From positions 5,343 through 69,342 of IMG/VR virus record IMGVR_UViG_3300034280_000809: a stretch of DNA of 64,000 nucleotides. One strand, 5' to 3'. The notes beneath the pieces are model-generated. The model was not told the origin of the DNA. It was given only the letters and a program-made list of their open reading frames with translations, and made no database searches. A program made the translations under genes and the position numbers. Source of the DNA: a virus. Numbering within the stretch: position 1 is the stretch's first letter; each line of letters opens with the position of its first letter. Positions 9,807 through 18,848 of this stretch are shown in pieces.

Positions 9807-12287
9807 ATGGCTGCACACTTTAAAAAAATAATAGATGGGATAAATAAAGAATTAACCGAAAGGTTTAAGTTTGATGACGATGAAGATGAGCCGGAAAAAA
9901 CGCTTGATTTAAATTTTATTCCTAAATTAGTTCATTCTTATCACGAGGAATTGAGAAAAAATTTAAATCGAATAACTAATTCTGTAAAAATAAACAAACC
10001 AAAATTAGATAAACCCTTAGAAGGCCTTTCAGAAAAAGAAAAAGAAAAGGTTAAATCAAAATTCTATACAGATTATCGAACAAAATTATTAGCAGAGCTT
10101 TCTAAAGAATACCCCGAAATTCGGAAAATTATAAAAGTAAATGAGCTTACATCAGCTTCTTTTGGTGTAACTGTAGGCCCATTAGTAATTAGAAAGTTTG
10201 AAAAAGAATTAAAAATTAGAGTAAAAGAAGGTTTAACTGCAAGAGGAATTAATAATGATCAAATAGAAAAAAGCGTTAATAAGAGTTTTGGTTATGAGAG
10301 TGCTTCTATTGTTGCAGCTCATTTTAACTCAGTTGCATTTAATGATGCTTATTTTGAAGGAGGTTTTGATAAAGATAGAATTAGAGAAGTTTATAAACAA
10401 ATAGGAGAAGAAAAAAAAGAAGAAAAATCAAAACCTACAAAGTATCAACAGAGTTTATTGAATATCGCAAATAATGATCCCGGTAATTGGATAATAACTT
10501 CAGGCGGGTTTTCTGGAAAAACTTTGCACGAGGTTTATGCTTACATGCTTGAAGGTGATCCAACAGCAAAAAGAGAAAACAATAAACTTTATCAAGAAAT
10601 AGAAAACAAGAAAAACCAAATTCAAAAAGGTGATCAAGTTTTAAAAACTAGAGAAACTTACATTATTAATCAAGTCAAAGCAATTACAGGTAAAACATAC
10701 ACTTACGATCAAATAAAAAACTTTTACAGTAATTTTCCTGTATCTTTACAAGCTTTAATTATCGCACAAGAAAAAAGAATAACTGCAATTACTGCTGTGC
10801 GAGATAAATATCTTCGTTTATCTGATACACAAGCAAAAACATCATTAAGGTTGAGGTCTTTACAAAACAAAGCAATGAATTGGATTTTAAACACTCACGC
10901 TACTATTTTAGCTAACCCTACTGCGGTAACTTCAAAATTTGGTAAATCTTTATCTCAAGATCAGATAAAAGGAAACAAAGCTTTTACTACTATGTTTAAA
11001 ATGTACGCTAAAAGTTTTGACACATACGCCAGAGAGTCTGGCTTAATAGCTGATGCTTTAAATCAAAGAAAAGTTTTAGCAGAAGAAGATTCTCGCGAAG
11101 ATACTCCTTTTTATACCTTAACACAATTTTATGTAGGAAGAGATGGGGTGCAAAGGAAAAAAGAAGTAATTAGATATAAAGCCCCAAGAATGAATGAAGG
11201 AGGGGGTTTTGCACCTTCAGATACTTTTGGAGGCGAAAGAGTTTATAAGAAAGGCGGTAAAAATCCTGTTGAAGCGGAGGTCAGCAAAAAACGCAGGGAG
11301 GAAGATTTTGGTTTAGGGGGAAGAAATTCTATATTGAAGGGTTTGATTCAAGGTATGAGTCCTCACGATAGAGTTAAGTTTTCTAAATTGCAAGATACCT
11401 TAAGAAATATGCCAAAACGAACAACTAAAGAATGGATAGTCGATCCCTTAACTGGCGAACAACGATTAATGCGAAAAGGATCAAAGTTGGGTTTAATGAT
11501 GGATTACGACAGGAATGGAAAGCTTGTGTGGAAAGAAATCGATATTTACGCAAAAGCTCGAAAGTCTTTAGGTGGTAGCTTGGCAAGGATTAAACAAAAA
11601 GAAATTGAAAAACAAAAACTTAATTTGTTTGTTGCAGAATCAATGTTAGAGGAAGGTTTATCGAGAGACAGAGAAGTTAAAGGTAGAGTAGCTTTTATTA
11701 CAGATGCAAAAGAAGCAGGGAGAACCGTTGCTAAAGGCGACATAAAAGGAAGGAAAGCTTTAGAAGCTAAAGAAGCTGATGAATTGCGAAGACAATTTGA
11801 TGAGGACGATGTAAAAGATTCTTCTAACTATGCTTTCGAGTTTGAAGAAAAAAGAGCAAGCTATTCTGAAAAAATAGCTAAAGCAAAAACTCATGAGGCT
11901 TTAAATAAAGCAGAAAATAAAATTTACGAAAATATGAGTAAAGGATTTCATGTCGTTGATCCTGTGTTACAAAGACAAATGATCGATGTAAGTCAGATAG
12001 AAAAATTTAGACAAGACGGAGATTTGCTTCCGGAGTTTTATACTGGGCCTACTGTTACTTTAGATATAATAAAAACTATGCGAGAGTATGGATCTCCTCA
12101 AAGTATTAAAGCTATTGAAAAGTTTCAACAAGCTCAATTAAAATATTATTCCGAAGGCGGAAAGGGTACAACCGCAACTTCATATCGGAGCGAAACTGAG
12201 TACGAATTATTAGATTATCAACTTCCTATTGCAACTCAAATACAAATCAGAAGGATGGAGTTAAACAACTCCGGCACAAAAAGCTAG
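9807..12287 (+). CDS. Large K/E-rich hypothetical protein (826 aa)
   Basis: Long ORF with AAGGAG RBS; no recognised motif. Confidence 0.7.
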   Translation: MAAHFKKIIDGINKELTERFKFDDDEDEPEKTLDLNFIPKLVHSYHEELRKNLNRITNSVKINKPKLDKPLEGLSEKEKEKVKSKFYTDYRTKLLAELSKEYPEIRKIIKVNELTSASFGVTVGPLVIRKFEKELKIRVKEGLTARGINNDQIEKSVNKSFGYESASIVAAHFNSVAFNDAYFEGGFDKDRIREVYKQIGEEKKEEKSKPTKYQQSLLNIANNDPGNWIITSGGFSGKTLHEVYAYMLEGDPTAKRENNKLYQEIENKKNQIQKGDQVLKTRETYIINQVKAITGKTYTYDQIKNFYSNFPVSLQALIIAQEKRITAITAVRDKYLRLSDTQAKTSLRLRSLQNKAMNWILNTHATILANPTAVTSKFGKSLSQDQIKGNKAFTTMFKMYAKSFDTYARESGLIADALNQRKVLAEEDSREDTPFYTLTQFYVGRDGVQRKKEVIRYKAPRMNEGGGFAPSDTFGGERVYKKGGKNPVEAEVSKKRREEDFGLGGRNSILKGLIQGMSPHDRVKFSKLQDTLRNMPKRTTKEWIVDPLTGEQRLMRKGSKLGLMMDYDRNGKLVWKEIDIYAKARKSLGGSLARIKQKEIEKQKLNLFVAESMLEEGLSRDREVKGRVAFITDAKEAGRTVAKGDIKGRKALEAKEADELRRQFDEDDVKDSSNYAFEFEEKRASYSEKIAKAKTHEALNKAENKIYENMSKGFHVVDPVLQRQMIDVSQIEKFRQDGDLLPEFYTGPTVTLDIIKTMREYGSPQSIKAIEKFQQAQLKYYSEGGKGTTATSYRSETEYELLDYQLPIATQIQIRRMELNNSGTKS

Positions 12288-12311
12288 CGAACTTTAAAAA
12301 TCAAGCTCCGT

Positions 12312-12350
12312 TAAAGAGGGGTACAGTACATATATATGTACCTTTCTTTA
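12312..12350. repeat. Nested inverted repeat including perfect 16-bp palindrome GTACATATATATGTAC (12326-12341)
   Basis: Read directly from sequence. Confidence 0.8.
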
Positions 12351-12401
12351 TATGATTTGACACCCCCCGTGGTGTGTTGACTTATACAGACTGCTAGTTT
12401 T

Positions 12402-12441
12402 CAGCCATCTCACTTTGAGGTGGCTGTTTTCGTTTAAGGAG
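12402..12441 (+). promoter_or_regulatory. Leader hairpin + U-tract + RBS, copy 1
   Basis: CAGCCATCTCA-CTT-TGAGGTGGCTG then TTTT and AAGGAG; near-identical copy at 13072. Confidence 0.7.
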
Positions 12442-12448
12442 CTTCGTT

Positions 12449-12988
12449 ATGGCTAATTTCATTTACATGATTTTCTTGATCAAGATTTCTTTCGTTATCA
12501 CTATGGTTGGTGATTTAAGTTGGAATTTCTTTTTCTTGTGTGCTGCGATGTGTGTTGCTGCTTTGAGCACTGCAATGTTGTTTGCTAGTCGTGGATACAC
12601 GCTTCTAAAAGAATGTAATGTTGCTATGACTATGTATCAACACAGCAAAAAGCAAAACGGTTATCCAATCATAACTGTATTCGCAACGATGGAAAAAGAA
12701 GTCATCATTAGCACTCACGGATGTTCAAACGGTAAGGTGCTTGGGATTTATGAAGGATGTGTTTCAATGGATGAGTTGGTTCAACAATTGATCAGTATTA
12801 AGGTTTTAACTTCTACGCAAGAAGTTAAAGTTCACTGCTGTTATCCTTCGCAAGTAAACGCAACTATCAAGAACAACAATATCAAAATGTTGTTCCCAAC
12901 CATCAATACCGTTACCTACTCTTCACATGAAGGGATATCAGGGTTTGGTCAAATGATCTTTCTTCAGAAGGTTCGTTTGTATGTGTAG
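12449..12988 (+). CDS. Membrane-anchored hypothetical protein; possible caspase-fold Cys protease
   Basis: Hydrophobic N-terminus; IISTHG and VHCC motifs. Confidence 0.45.
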   Translation: MANFIYMIFLIKISFVITMVGDLSWNFFFLCAAMCVAALSTAMLFASRGYTLLKECNVAMTMYQHSKKQNGYPIITVFATMEKEVIISTHGCSNGKVLGIYEGCVSMDELVQQLISIKVLTSTQEVKVHCCYPSQVNATIKNNNIKMLFPTINTVTYSSHEGISGFGQMIFLQKVRLYV

Positions 12989-12993
12989 GATTT

Positions 12994-13037
12994 TGATCTG
13001 ACAGGCAGACACAAAGGTTCGAGTCCTTTGCAGATCA
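12994..13037 (+). ncRNA. tRNA-like minihelix (acceptor-like stem + T-arm only)
   Basis: TGATCTG/CAGATCA stem enclosing CAAAGG-TTCGAGT-CCTTTG; no D or anticodon arm. Confidence 0.5.
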
Positions 13038-13071
13038 TTCTCTTGTTCATGTTGTTCAAGAGTTCTTTGTT

Positions 13072-13113
13072 TAGCCATGCTCGCTTTGAGTGTGGCTGTT
13101 TTTGTTTAAGGAG
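13072..13113 (+). promoter_or_regulatory. Leader hairpin + U-tract + RBS, copy 2
   Basis: TAGCCATGCTCG-CTT-TGAGTGTGGCTG then TTTTT and AAGGAG. Confidence 0.7.
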
Positions 13114-13121
13114 TTTTAGTT

Positions 13122-13307
13122 ATGGTTAATTTTATCTTTGCAATCGTTTCTTTCTTTGTTGGTGCTGATGAAACTTTCATCTCTGCAAGGGATGTTTTAA
13201 TTAGCGTGAACGGCAAAGACTCGTTCACTAGCACAATTGTATCAATCGATAGAACTACAATTCGAGTTTTGCACAACGATGAGCTAGTAATCAACATCGA
13301 AAAATAA
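13122..13307 (+). CDS. Small hypothetical protein with hydrophobic N-terminus
   Basis: AAGGAG RBS; 61-aa ORF. Confidence 0.6.
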   Translation: MVNFIFAIVSFFVGADETFISARDVLISVNGKDSFTSTIVSIDRTTIRVLHNDELVINIEK

Positions 13308-13382
13308 ACAAATGTGTTTGTTAATTCTTAAAGCCTCTGCGTGTAGCAGGGGCTTGTTTCATTTATATAGGAGATTTTTCAC

Positions 13383-15917
13383 ATGTATCTATTTTTGATT
13401 CCAAAGGCTGCAAATAAAGATAAGTCTCGAGGCTTGCGTTGCATCTCCTTGAAGAACTTTCTTCGTTCTAAAGTCAACAAGTACGAAGACTGCTGGAAAA
13501 TTGCAGTTGAATTGTTGTACACCTCTGCAAGTGTACCCAACGAAGGTGGATTTCCTTACTTGGTTAAGTGGAGTCTAGCCGGTAAAAGATGGAAACAGTA
13601 CAGTCTTTGCACAGATGCTAAGGCTACTAGCTTGGTAGAAGCTAGTGCTTTGCTGAAAAAGCAAGATGTTTTTATCTCTAACAGCAATCCTCAGATTGTT
13701 ATTAGTCTCTTTAACTTGCTAGAAAAACAGAAAGTCCTTGCTTCTGCTTGGGCCAAAGGTGTTCTTAACACCTTTACTGTGGTAGACGGATGTAAAGTAG
13801 ACTTCGACTGTACCGCCAAGAATCTCAACATCTTCCACTTCACTGGTGGCAAGGTAGAGAAACGCGGATCACAGACTGAAAGAAACTTCCTAGTAGCAGC
13901 TTGTCTGCCTGCAAGTGAAGTCAAGTTGTTCATTGCAGAATCGTCTGACTTGGATATTCCTTGTGATGGAACTATCACAATCTCAAGAGAGTTCATGCTC
14001 ATCTTGAGAAATCAGTGGGCTTTAGCAAACCCTCAGATCAAGCTAGATGATTCTATCTTGGATATCAAGACTCTAAACTTTAGAGGTTGGATACCTGGTC
14101 TTGGTCAGATCAAAGCTATGGCTATTGTTACAGACAAAGTTTTGCCACAAGGAGCAAACATCTATGTTCATCGCAAGAACATCAAAGATGAAGTTGTGGT
14201 AAAAGGTGATGTAGCTTTCTTCGGTTACGATCCGCAGGGAGCAAAGCCTTCTGCTTATACCAACAAGCAGTGTCTTAGAAACTTTGGCTGGTTCTTTGGT
14301 CTTAAGACTAGGGTCTGGTCATGGTTTAATTCTACGCTCAAGAAAGGTATTGTAGACATCAAGTCTGGCAAGACACCGGAAGAATCTAAGCACGAGCTTC
14401 AGATGCTCAAGGTAGAGAAGCGGATCAAGGATTCCTTTTCGACGGGTGAAAGACTTCGCTCCATTACTTGGAACGAGTGCGGTGGTTCGCAGGCAGAGTT
14501 GCCAGCTTTGTATCAAGGAAGTTGCAAGGACTGGTTGCGTAGGATGGCGACTGAAGATGTTGACGAGCAAGAAATTTGGGTAGAAATACCCGGCTCGTAC
14601 TTCTCTCAGATCGTTTGTCTAGAAGCAGTACGCTATGTAGCTCCTCAGCTATACAGCAAAGGTATTGATGACGGCAAGGTTGTCTATCTCAAGAGCCACG
14701 ATATGTTTGTAGTATCTACCAAGTATTGGCTAGACAATCTTGTCAATTGGGGTGGTTGTGATCAGGATGATAAGTTCGCTCTTATCTTCCGAAAGCACAA
14801 GGTTACTGAAAGGATTGTAGCTTTGATCTATCGTACACCAAATGATAGGAATGAGTATGCAATCGCTGAGGCTTTCGAAGATAACCTTCCACAGTTGAAA
14901 GGCGATTGGAAGTCTGAGCCTTGCAGCTTCCCAGCAGATAGGCCTCTTCAAGCATCTGCTTCTGATGAAGAAGTTGTTGCTCTTCCTAAGGCTGTTAAGG
15001 CCAAAGAAGAATCTAGAGGCTTCAGTCACTTCTTGGCTAAGTTGGAAGTCTCTGCTAATCCTGGTTGGGCAGTAAACATAATTGCCTGCTGGAACACAGG
15101 CTATGCTAACCGCTGCCCTCTACCAACGATGGAGCAATGTATTGATCTTGCAACTCAGACTTGCGATCCAGTGCTTATCAAATGGTTGGAAGACAAGTGT
15201 CTAGAGATTGTCAAGATGATGCACTACGATCTTCTGAACAAGACAATTACGCTAGACAGAAAGCTAGCCTTGAGTGTGTTCGGAGTAGCGGGTAGCTATG
15301 ACGAAGAGTTCAAGGAGTTGATTAAGATAACTCGTAAGACTGTAAAATTCCTTACAGTTGATAGCGACTACAGCAAGCTATGTCGTGCCGCTTCTGAACG
15401 GATTCAGAAAGAGCTAGACTGGTTTGATACTGTTGCTGACGAGTTAAGTTTGGAAGCTTGGAAGCGTAAGCTGCCTAAGCTACAAAGGATTGTTGCAAAG
15501 ATCCGCAAAGACTTCGGAGAAAGCTTTTACTCTACTATGGTTGACAGGATTAATCTTACCTTCTCAAGGTGGGCTTCCTGTTACAGCGATGACGATGTAA
15601 ATCTGTTTCGCTGGACACCTAAAGGAGAGCTGCCAAAACTTTCTTCAATGGGGTTTGATCTTGTACTAAGAAAGCAGAAAGTTCTGCTCTTAGAACAAAG
15701 AAAGTATGTATGGAAAAAGTTCCCTAAGAACTACTCCAAAGAAACTTTTGATCAGATTCTTTGCTTTGTTGCTCTCCATCAACTGTTTAGTCAAGCTAAT
15801 CCTGACTACGCAAAGCCAATCAAGAACCTTGAGATACACAAGGGTCTTGAGAAAGGCAACTTGATCAGTCACAAATGGCTGTTCGAATCCTTCTGTAAGG
15901 TTAGAAACCAGATGTAA
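13383..15917 (+). CDS. Putative single-subunit two-barrel (YonO/RdRP-like) RNA polymerase
   Basis: DGTITIS...LNFR...IKA...IYVHRKNIK; GGCDQDD at aa 457-463; YRTP around aa 484; AGGAG RBS. Confidence 0.55.
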   Translation: MYLFLIPKAANKDKSRGLRCISLKNFLRSKVNKYEDCWKIAVELLYTSASVPNEGGFPYLVKWSLAGKRWKQYSLCTDAKATSLVEASALLKKQDVFISNSNPQIVISLFNLLEKQKVLASAWAKGVLNTFTVVDGCKVDFDCTAKNLNIFHFTGGKVEKRGSQTERNFLVAACLPASEVKLFIAESSDLDIPCDGTITISREFMLILRNQWALANPQIKLDDSILDIKTLNFRGWIPGLGQIKAMAIVTDKVLPQGANIYVHRKNIKDEVVVKGDVAFFGYDPQGAKPSAYTNKQCLRNFGWFFGLKTRVWSWFNSTLKKGIVDIKSGKTPEESKHELQMLKVEKRIKDSFSTGERLRSITWNECGGSQAELPALYQGSCKDWLRRMATEDVDEQEIWVEIPGSYFSQIVCLEAVRYVAPQLYSKGIDDGKVVYLKSHDMFVVSTKYWLDNLVNWGGCDQDDKFALIFRKHKVTERIVALIYRTPNDRNEYAIAEAFEDNLPQLKGDWKSEPCSFPADRPLQASASDEEVVALPKAVKAKEESRGFSHFLAKLEVSANPGWAVNIIACWNTGYANRCPLPTMEQCIDLATQTCDPVLIKWLEDKCLEIVKMMHYDLLNKTITLDRKLALSVFGVAGSYDEEFKELIKITRKTVKFLTVDSDYSKLCRAASERIQKELDWFDTVADELSLEAWKRKLPKLQRIVAKIRKDFGESFYSTMVDRINLTFSRWASCYSDDDVNLFRWTPKGELPKLSSMGFDLVLRKQKVLLLEQRKYVWKKFPKNYSKETFDQILCFVALHQLFSQANPDYAKPIKNLEIHKGLEKGNLISHKWLFESFCKVRNQM

Positions 15918-16248
15918 ACATCCGTATTCCTCCTAGTCTTTGTGCTAGGAGGGATTCGTAATGCCCTTTCGCAAGAGAGGGTGCTACGAATCTCTCCTCT
16001 AGAGATGATTCCTGTGCAGAGATAACCCTCTCTGCCTGTCTTGGCTACCCTTATGGCAGGCACTCTCCCCCTATTAGCGGTAGGACTTCCGCCTCGCAAG
16101 CTCGTCTACAGCCACTTACTTGTTGTGAGCTTCGCTCACGCGTTATTATTTGTGCCCAAAGATCCGTGTTAGGTCTTAGATGTATCGGCCTTATGAGATA
16201 CGGGGAAGCAATTTCGCTCCCTTTAACTTCATATTCAAGGAGATCATC
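15918..16248 (+). ncRNA. Highly structured non-coding spacer (candidate ncRNA or leader)
   Basis: Consecutive stems, including a GCAA tetraloop hairpin at 15953-15992. Confidence 0.4.
16187..16205 (+). promoter_or_regulatory. 19-bp repeated upstream motif, copy A
   Basis: GGCCTTATGAGATACGGGG, upstream of RBS. Confidence 0.55.
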
Positions 16249-16701
16249 ATGTATTCAATCGAAAACGCAATCAAGGGTCTAAACTTCTTGGCTACTTTTA
16301 AGACCAAGGCTGAGTTTCCTAAGGGGTTTACCCCCAAAGCAGAACAGTATGTTGATACCGTGTGCAAGTCTTTTCCTTATTGGTCACAAGATAATAAAGA
16401 AGAGTTTAAAGCATTGGTAAAAGTTATTGACAAGACTCACCCCGCTTTGTTTGAACGACTCCGCAATAACTTGAAAGCTTTAGTAGGAGTAACCACATTG
16501 AAAGATGTGGCAAAGACTACAAAGAATCCTGAGATTCTTGCAGAGCTTATGAAGCTTTCTGAAGGCATGAAAGCCTTGAAAGAAGAGTTGGCAAAGTTGT
16601 TTGCTGAAAAGGCAAAGGAGATTGAAACTCCTAAGCCCAAAGCAAAGAAGAAAGCAAAAGCTGTTGTGGTGGCAGAGGAAGAAGAACTCTTCCCTCTGTA
16701 G
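16249..16701 (+). CDS. Hypothetical protein with K-rich tail
   Basis: AAGGAG RBS before ATG 16249. Confidence 0.7.
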   Translation: MYSIENAIKGLNFLATFKTKAEFPKGFTPKAEQYVDTVCKSFPYWSQDNKEEFKALVKVIDKTHPALFERLRNNLKALVGVTTLKDVAKTTKNPEILAELMKLSEGMKALKEELAKLFAEKAKEIETPKPKAKKKAKAVVVAEEEELFPL

Positions 16702-16895
16702 CCTGCAAAACCTATTACCTCCATCCTCACCAGGGTGGAGGTCTTAGTAATCCTGTTGCACTTCGTGCTTACTTTGAAATATCCGCTCCTTCGTCGCTCC
16801 TAAGTGGGGGCAGACAAAGGGGTCTTTTTTTTTAAGCCCGCGGTGCGAGGTTTCAAACCAAGTAACTAAGAGGATTTAACTTTTTTGGGTGGCTC

Positions 16896-16914
16896 TTCCT
16901 GTCGAGATGCGGGG
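16896..16914 (+). promoter_or_regulatory. 19-bp repeated upstream motif, copy B
   Basis: TTCCTGTCGAGATGCGGGG. Confidence 0.55.
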
Positions 16915-16959
16915 TTCGCATTGTGCGTATCCAATTATCTTTCTTAAGGAGATTGAACC

Positions 16960-17821
16960 ATGCTTGATAGACACGAAGACGAGCTGCCAGAAGGTGTCTG
17001 CATTCCAACAGACCCTATCGTTGAATACAAATTTGTACCAGTGAAACCTCCGACCAAGGGGTTTGTGACCATTGACACAGGCGAACCTGTGACTTTCACT
17101 TTTGAAAGTGAGAATTTTGTTCAGTTTTTAGAAACCCTTTTACGGAGTAACGCAAGATGAAAGAATTTTTAAAGTGGTTTTTTGTTTTTGTTTGCGGGCT
17201 TGTGCTTGTGAACGCTGGGTTTATGTACGCAATGTACACCATAGATAAAGAGATTAGGTCTAAACCTATGGGGCCATTGCCTACACCTGCACCTGAAGTT
17301 GTTATCAAGCCTTATGATAAAGACCCTTTGATGGAGAACATGGAGTTGCTGAGGTTGGAAGACCTTAAGCATTGTCCGAGGCACTACATAGAAATGCAAC
17401 TTAAAGGTGCAGAATTTTGGATGCACCAAGAGACTGGAAAGGTTTACACCAAAGATAAGAAAGGAAAACTGGTAAACGCATTATGAAAACTAAATCTAAA
17501 CGCAGGGTTAAACCTGTTGTAGTTCCTGAGTGGAAGAAAAACTTAGGAAGAGTTTGGAAGGTGCAAGCCTTTCGTACTTTTGTCTACAGTTTTTCTACCA
17601 TCTTTATGTTCATGGTTCCGTGGTACTTGATGAGTGAAGAGAAGCAAATCAACTTCTCTGAACTTAAAGAGTATCAACCACCCACCACAGGGGTTGATCC
17701 CCTCAGGTACAAAGAGGAAAGGGAAGGGGGTCTAAGGGTGTATCAGAAAGGCAAGGAATTATACTGGACTAACGATCCAAGTTCTAAGCGTATGCCGATA
17801 CAACCCAAGGTTCATTACTGA
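16960..17821 (+). CDS. Three translationally coupled small hypothetical genes (16960-17160, 17157-17486, 17483-17821), two with a TM helix
   Basis: ATGA overlaps, AAGGAG RBS. Confidence 0.65.
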
Positions 17822-17851
17822 AAAAAAATAGTACCGTATCCTCCCGCATCT

Positions 17852-17906
17852 AATCCATAACTTCTTTCCTCCCCTACCGGGGATTGGGGTTATGGATTTT
17901 CTTTTT
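17852..17906 (+). terminator. Intrinsic terminator-like hairpin
   Basis: AATCCATAAC...GTTATGGATT followed by T-rich run. Confidence 0.55.
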
Positions 17907-17933
17907 CTCAGGGTGGAATCATCTCTCCCATTC

Positions 17934-17952
17934 GGCCTGTCGAGATATGGGG
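17934..17952 (+). promoter_or_regulatory. 19-bp repeated upstream motif, copy C
   Basis: GGCCTGTCGAGATATGGGG. Confidence 0.55.
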
Positions 17953-17988
17953 ATAGCAGTTCGCTACCTAATCAAAAGGAGTTTTCAC

Positions 17989-18237
17989 ATGGCTAATTTA
18001 GAGACAATTATTTGCACGATAGAAAGTGCATCCGTTAACCAAGCCCTGCGAGCGTTTCGCAAAGGCAAAAAAATCCACTTGCATATGGAACTAGCTGGGC
18101 AAGGAACCGCTGCTGACCGCAGAAGTTTTGAGACTCAGTTAGAAGACGCCCTTGCAAGAAGGAAAAAATTTGGGTGTCACAACACCCGCGAAACCATTAA
18201 GGAGATCGAGGACGATGTATGTCTATCTTATTCTTAG
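17989..18237 (+). CDS. Hypothetical protein
   Basis: AAGGAG RBS before ATG 17989. Confidence 0.6.
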   Translation: MANLETIICTIESASVNQALRAFRKGKKIHLHMELAGQGTAADRRSFETQLEDALARRKKFGCHNTRETIKEIEDDVCLSYS

Positions 18238-18387
18238 CTTGCTACCTGGCTCTTTCGAGAAGACCGAAAACGGCTTCAAAGTAACACCGGCAATTGTGCT
18301 GGTGTTTCAATGGGCAGCAGAACTTGTAAGGACTTTCCTTACCAAGAAGACTGCTAGCTCTAACTCTAAAAAGAAAGTGGTGAAGTA

Positions 18388-18825
18388 ATGAAGAAAGAAA
18401 TCAAACCAACCCCAGTGTTAAAAACCGTTCAATCGTTTTGGACTAAGCTTGACATGCGTAAGCGTGTCATCGCTGGGTTGACTGCTGGCATGATGGCTTT
18501 TGGATTCGGGTACTACTATACCCATGCCAAGACCGTTGCTGATGCAGTGCGTACCGACATGGGTCAACACACTAAGGTTCAATTTGTAGTTGCGGGAGGT
18601 AAAGATTCCCCTTGGTACTCTGCAAGCAAGTACACTTTGCTTCAAGATACTAGCAGCTACAAAGACAAACACTTAACTATCTCTATCGATAGGAAGGCTT
18701 GTCCAAACTTAACTTACCGATCCTTGAAAGGTAAGACCATCACTGTAGATGGAATGCTTGAGAACTATAAAGGGAAGTCTCCAAGCATCCGTGTAACTAA
18801 CCCTAACCAAATTGTTTTGAACTAA
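18388..18825 (+). CDS. Membrane-anchored OB-fold-like protein
   Basis: TM helix; LKGKTITVDG..E.YKGK.PSI.VTNPNQI. Confidence 0.5.
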   Translation: MKKEIKPTPVLKTVQSFWTKLDMRKRVIAGLTAGMMAFGFGYYYTHAKTVADAVRTDMGQHTKVQFVVAGGKDSPWYSASKYTLLQDTSSYKDKHLTISIDRKACPNLTYRSLKGKTITVDGMLENYKGKSPSIRVTNPNQIVLN

Positions 18826-18848
18826 CTTTTACTTTAAGGAGAACGACT

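Noticed and set aside
12357-12390. Strong sigma70 promoter at TTGACA
   Set aside because: No good -10 hexamer at 16-18 bp spacing; left uncalled
15869-16099. 76-aa minus-strand ORF in the structured spacer
   Set aside because: Opposes the local gene direction, non-ATG start, no convincing RBS
16187-17952. 19-bp motif as tRNA anticodon-arm remnants (CTGTCGA/CTTATGA)
   Set aside because: Flanks do not form a 5-bp anticodon stem and no canonical T arm follows
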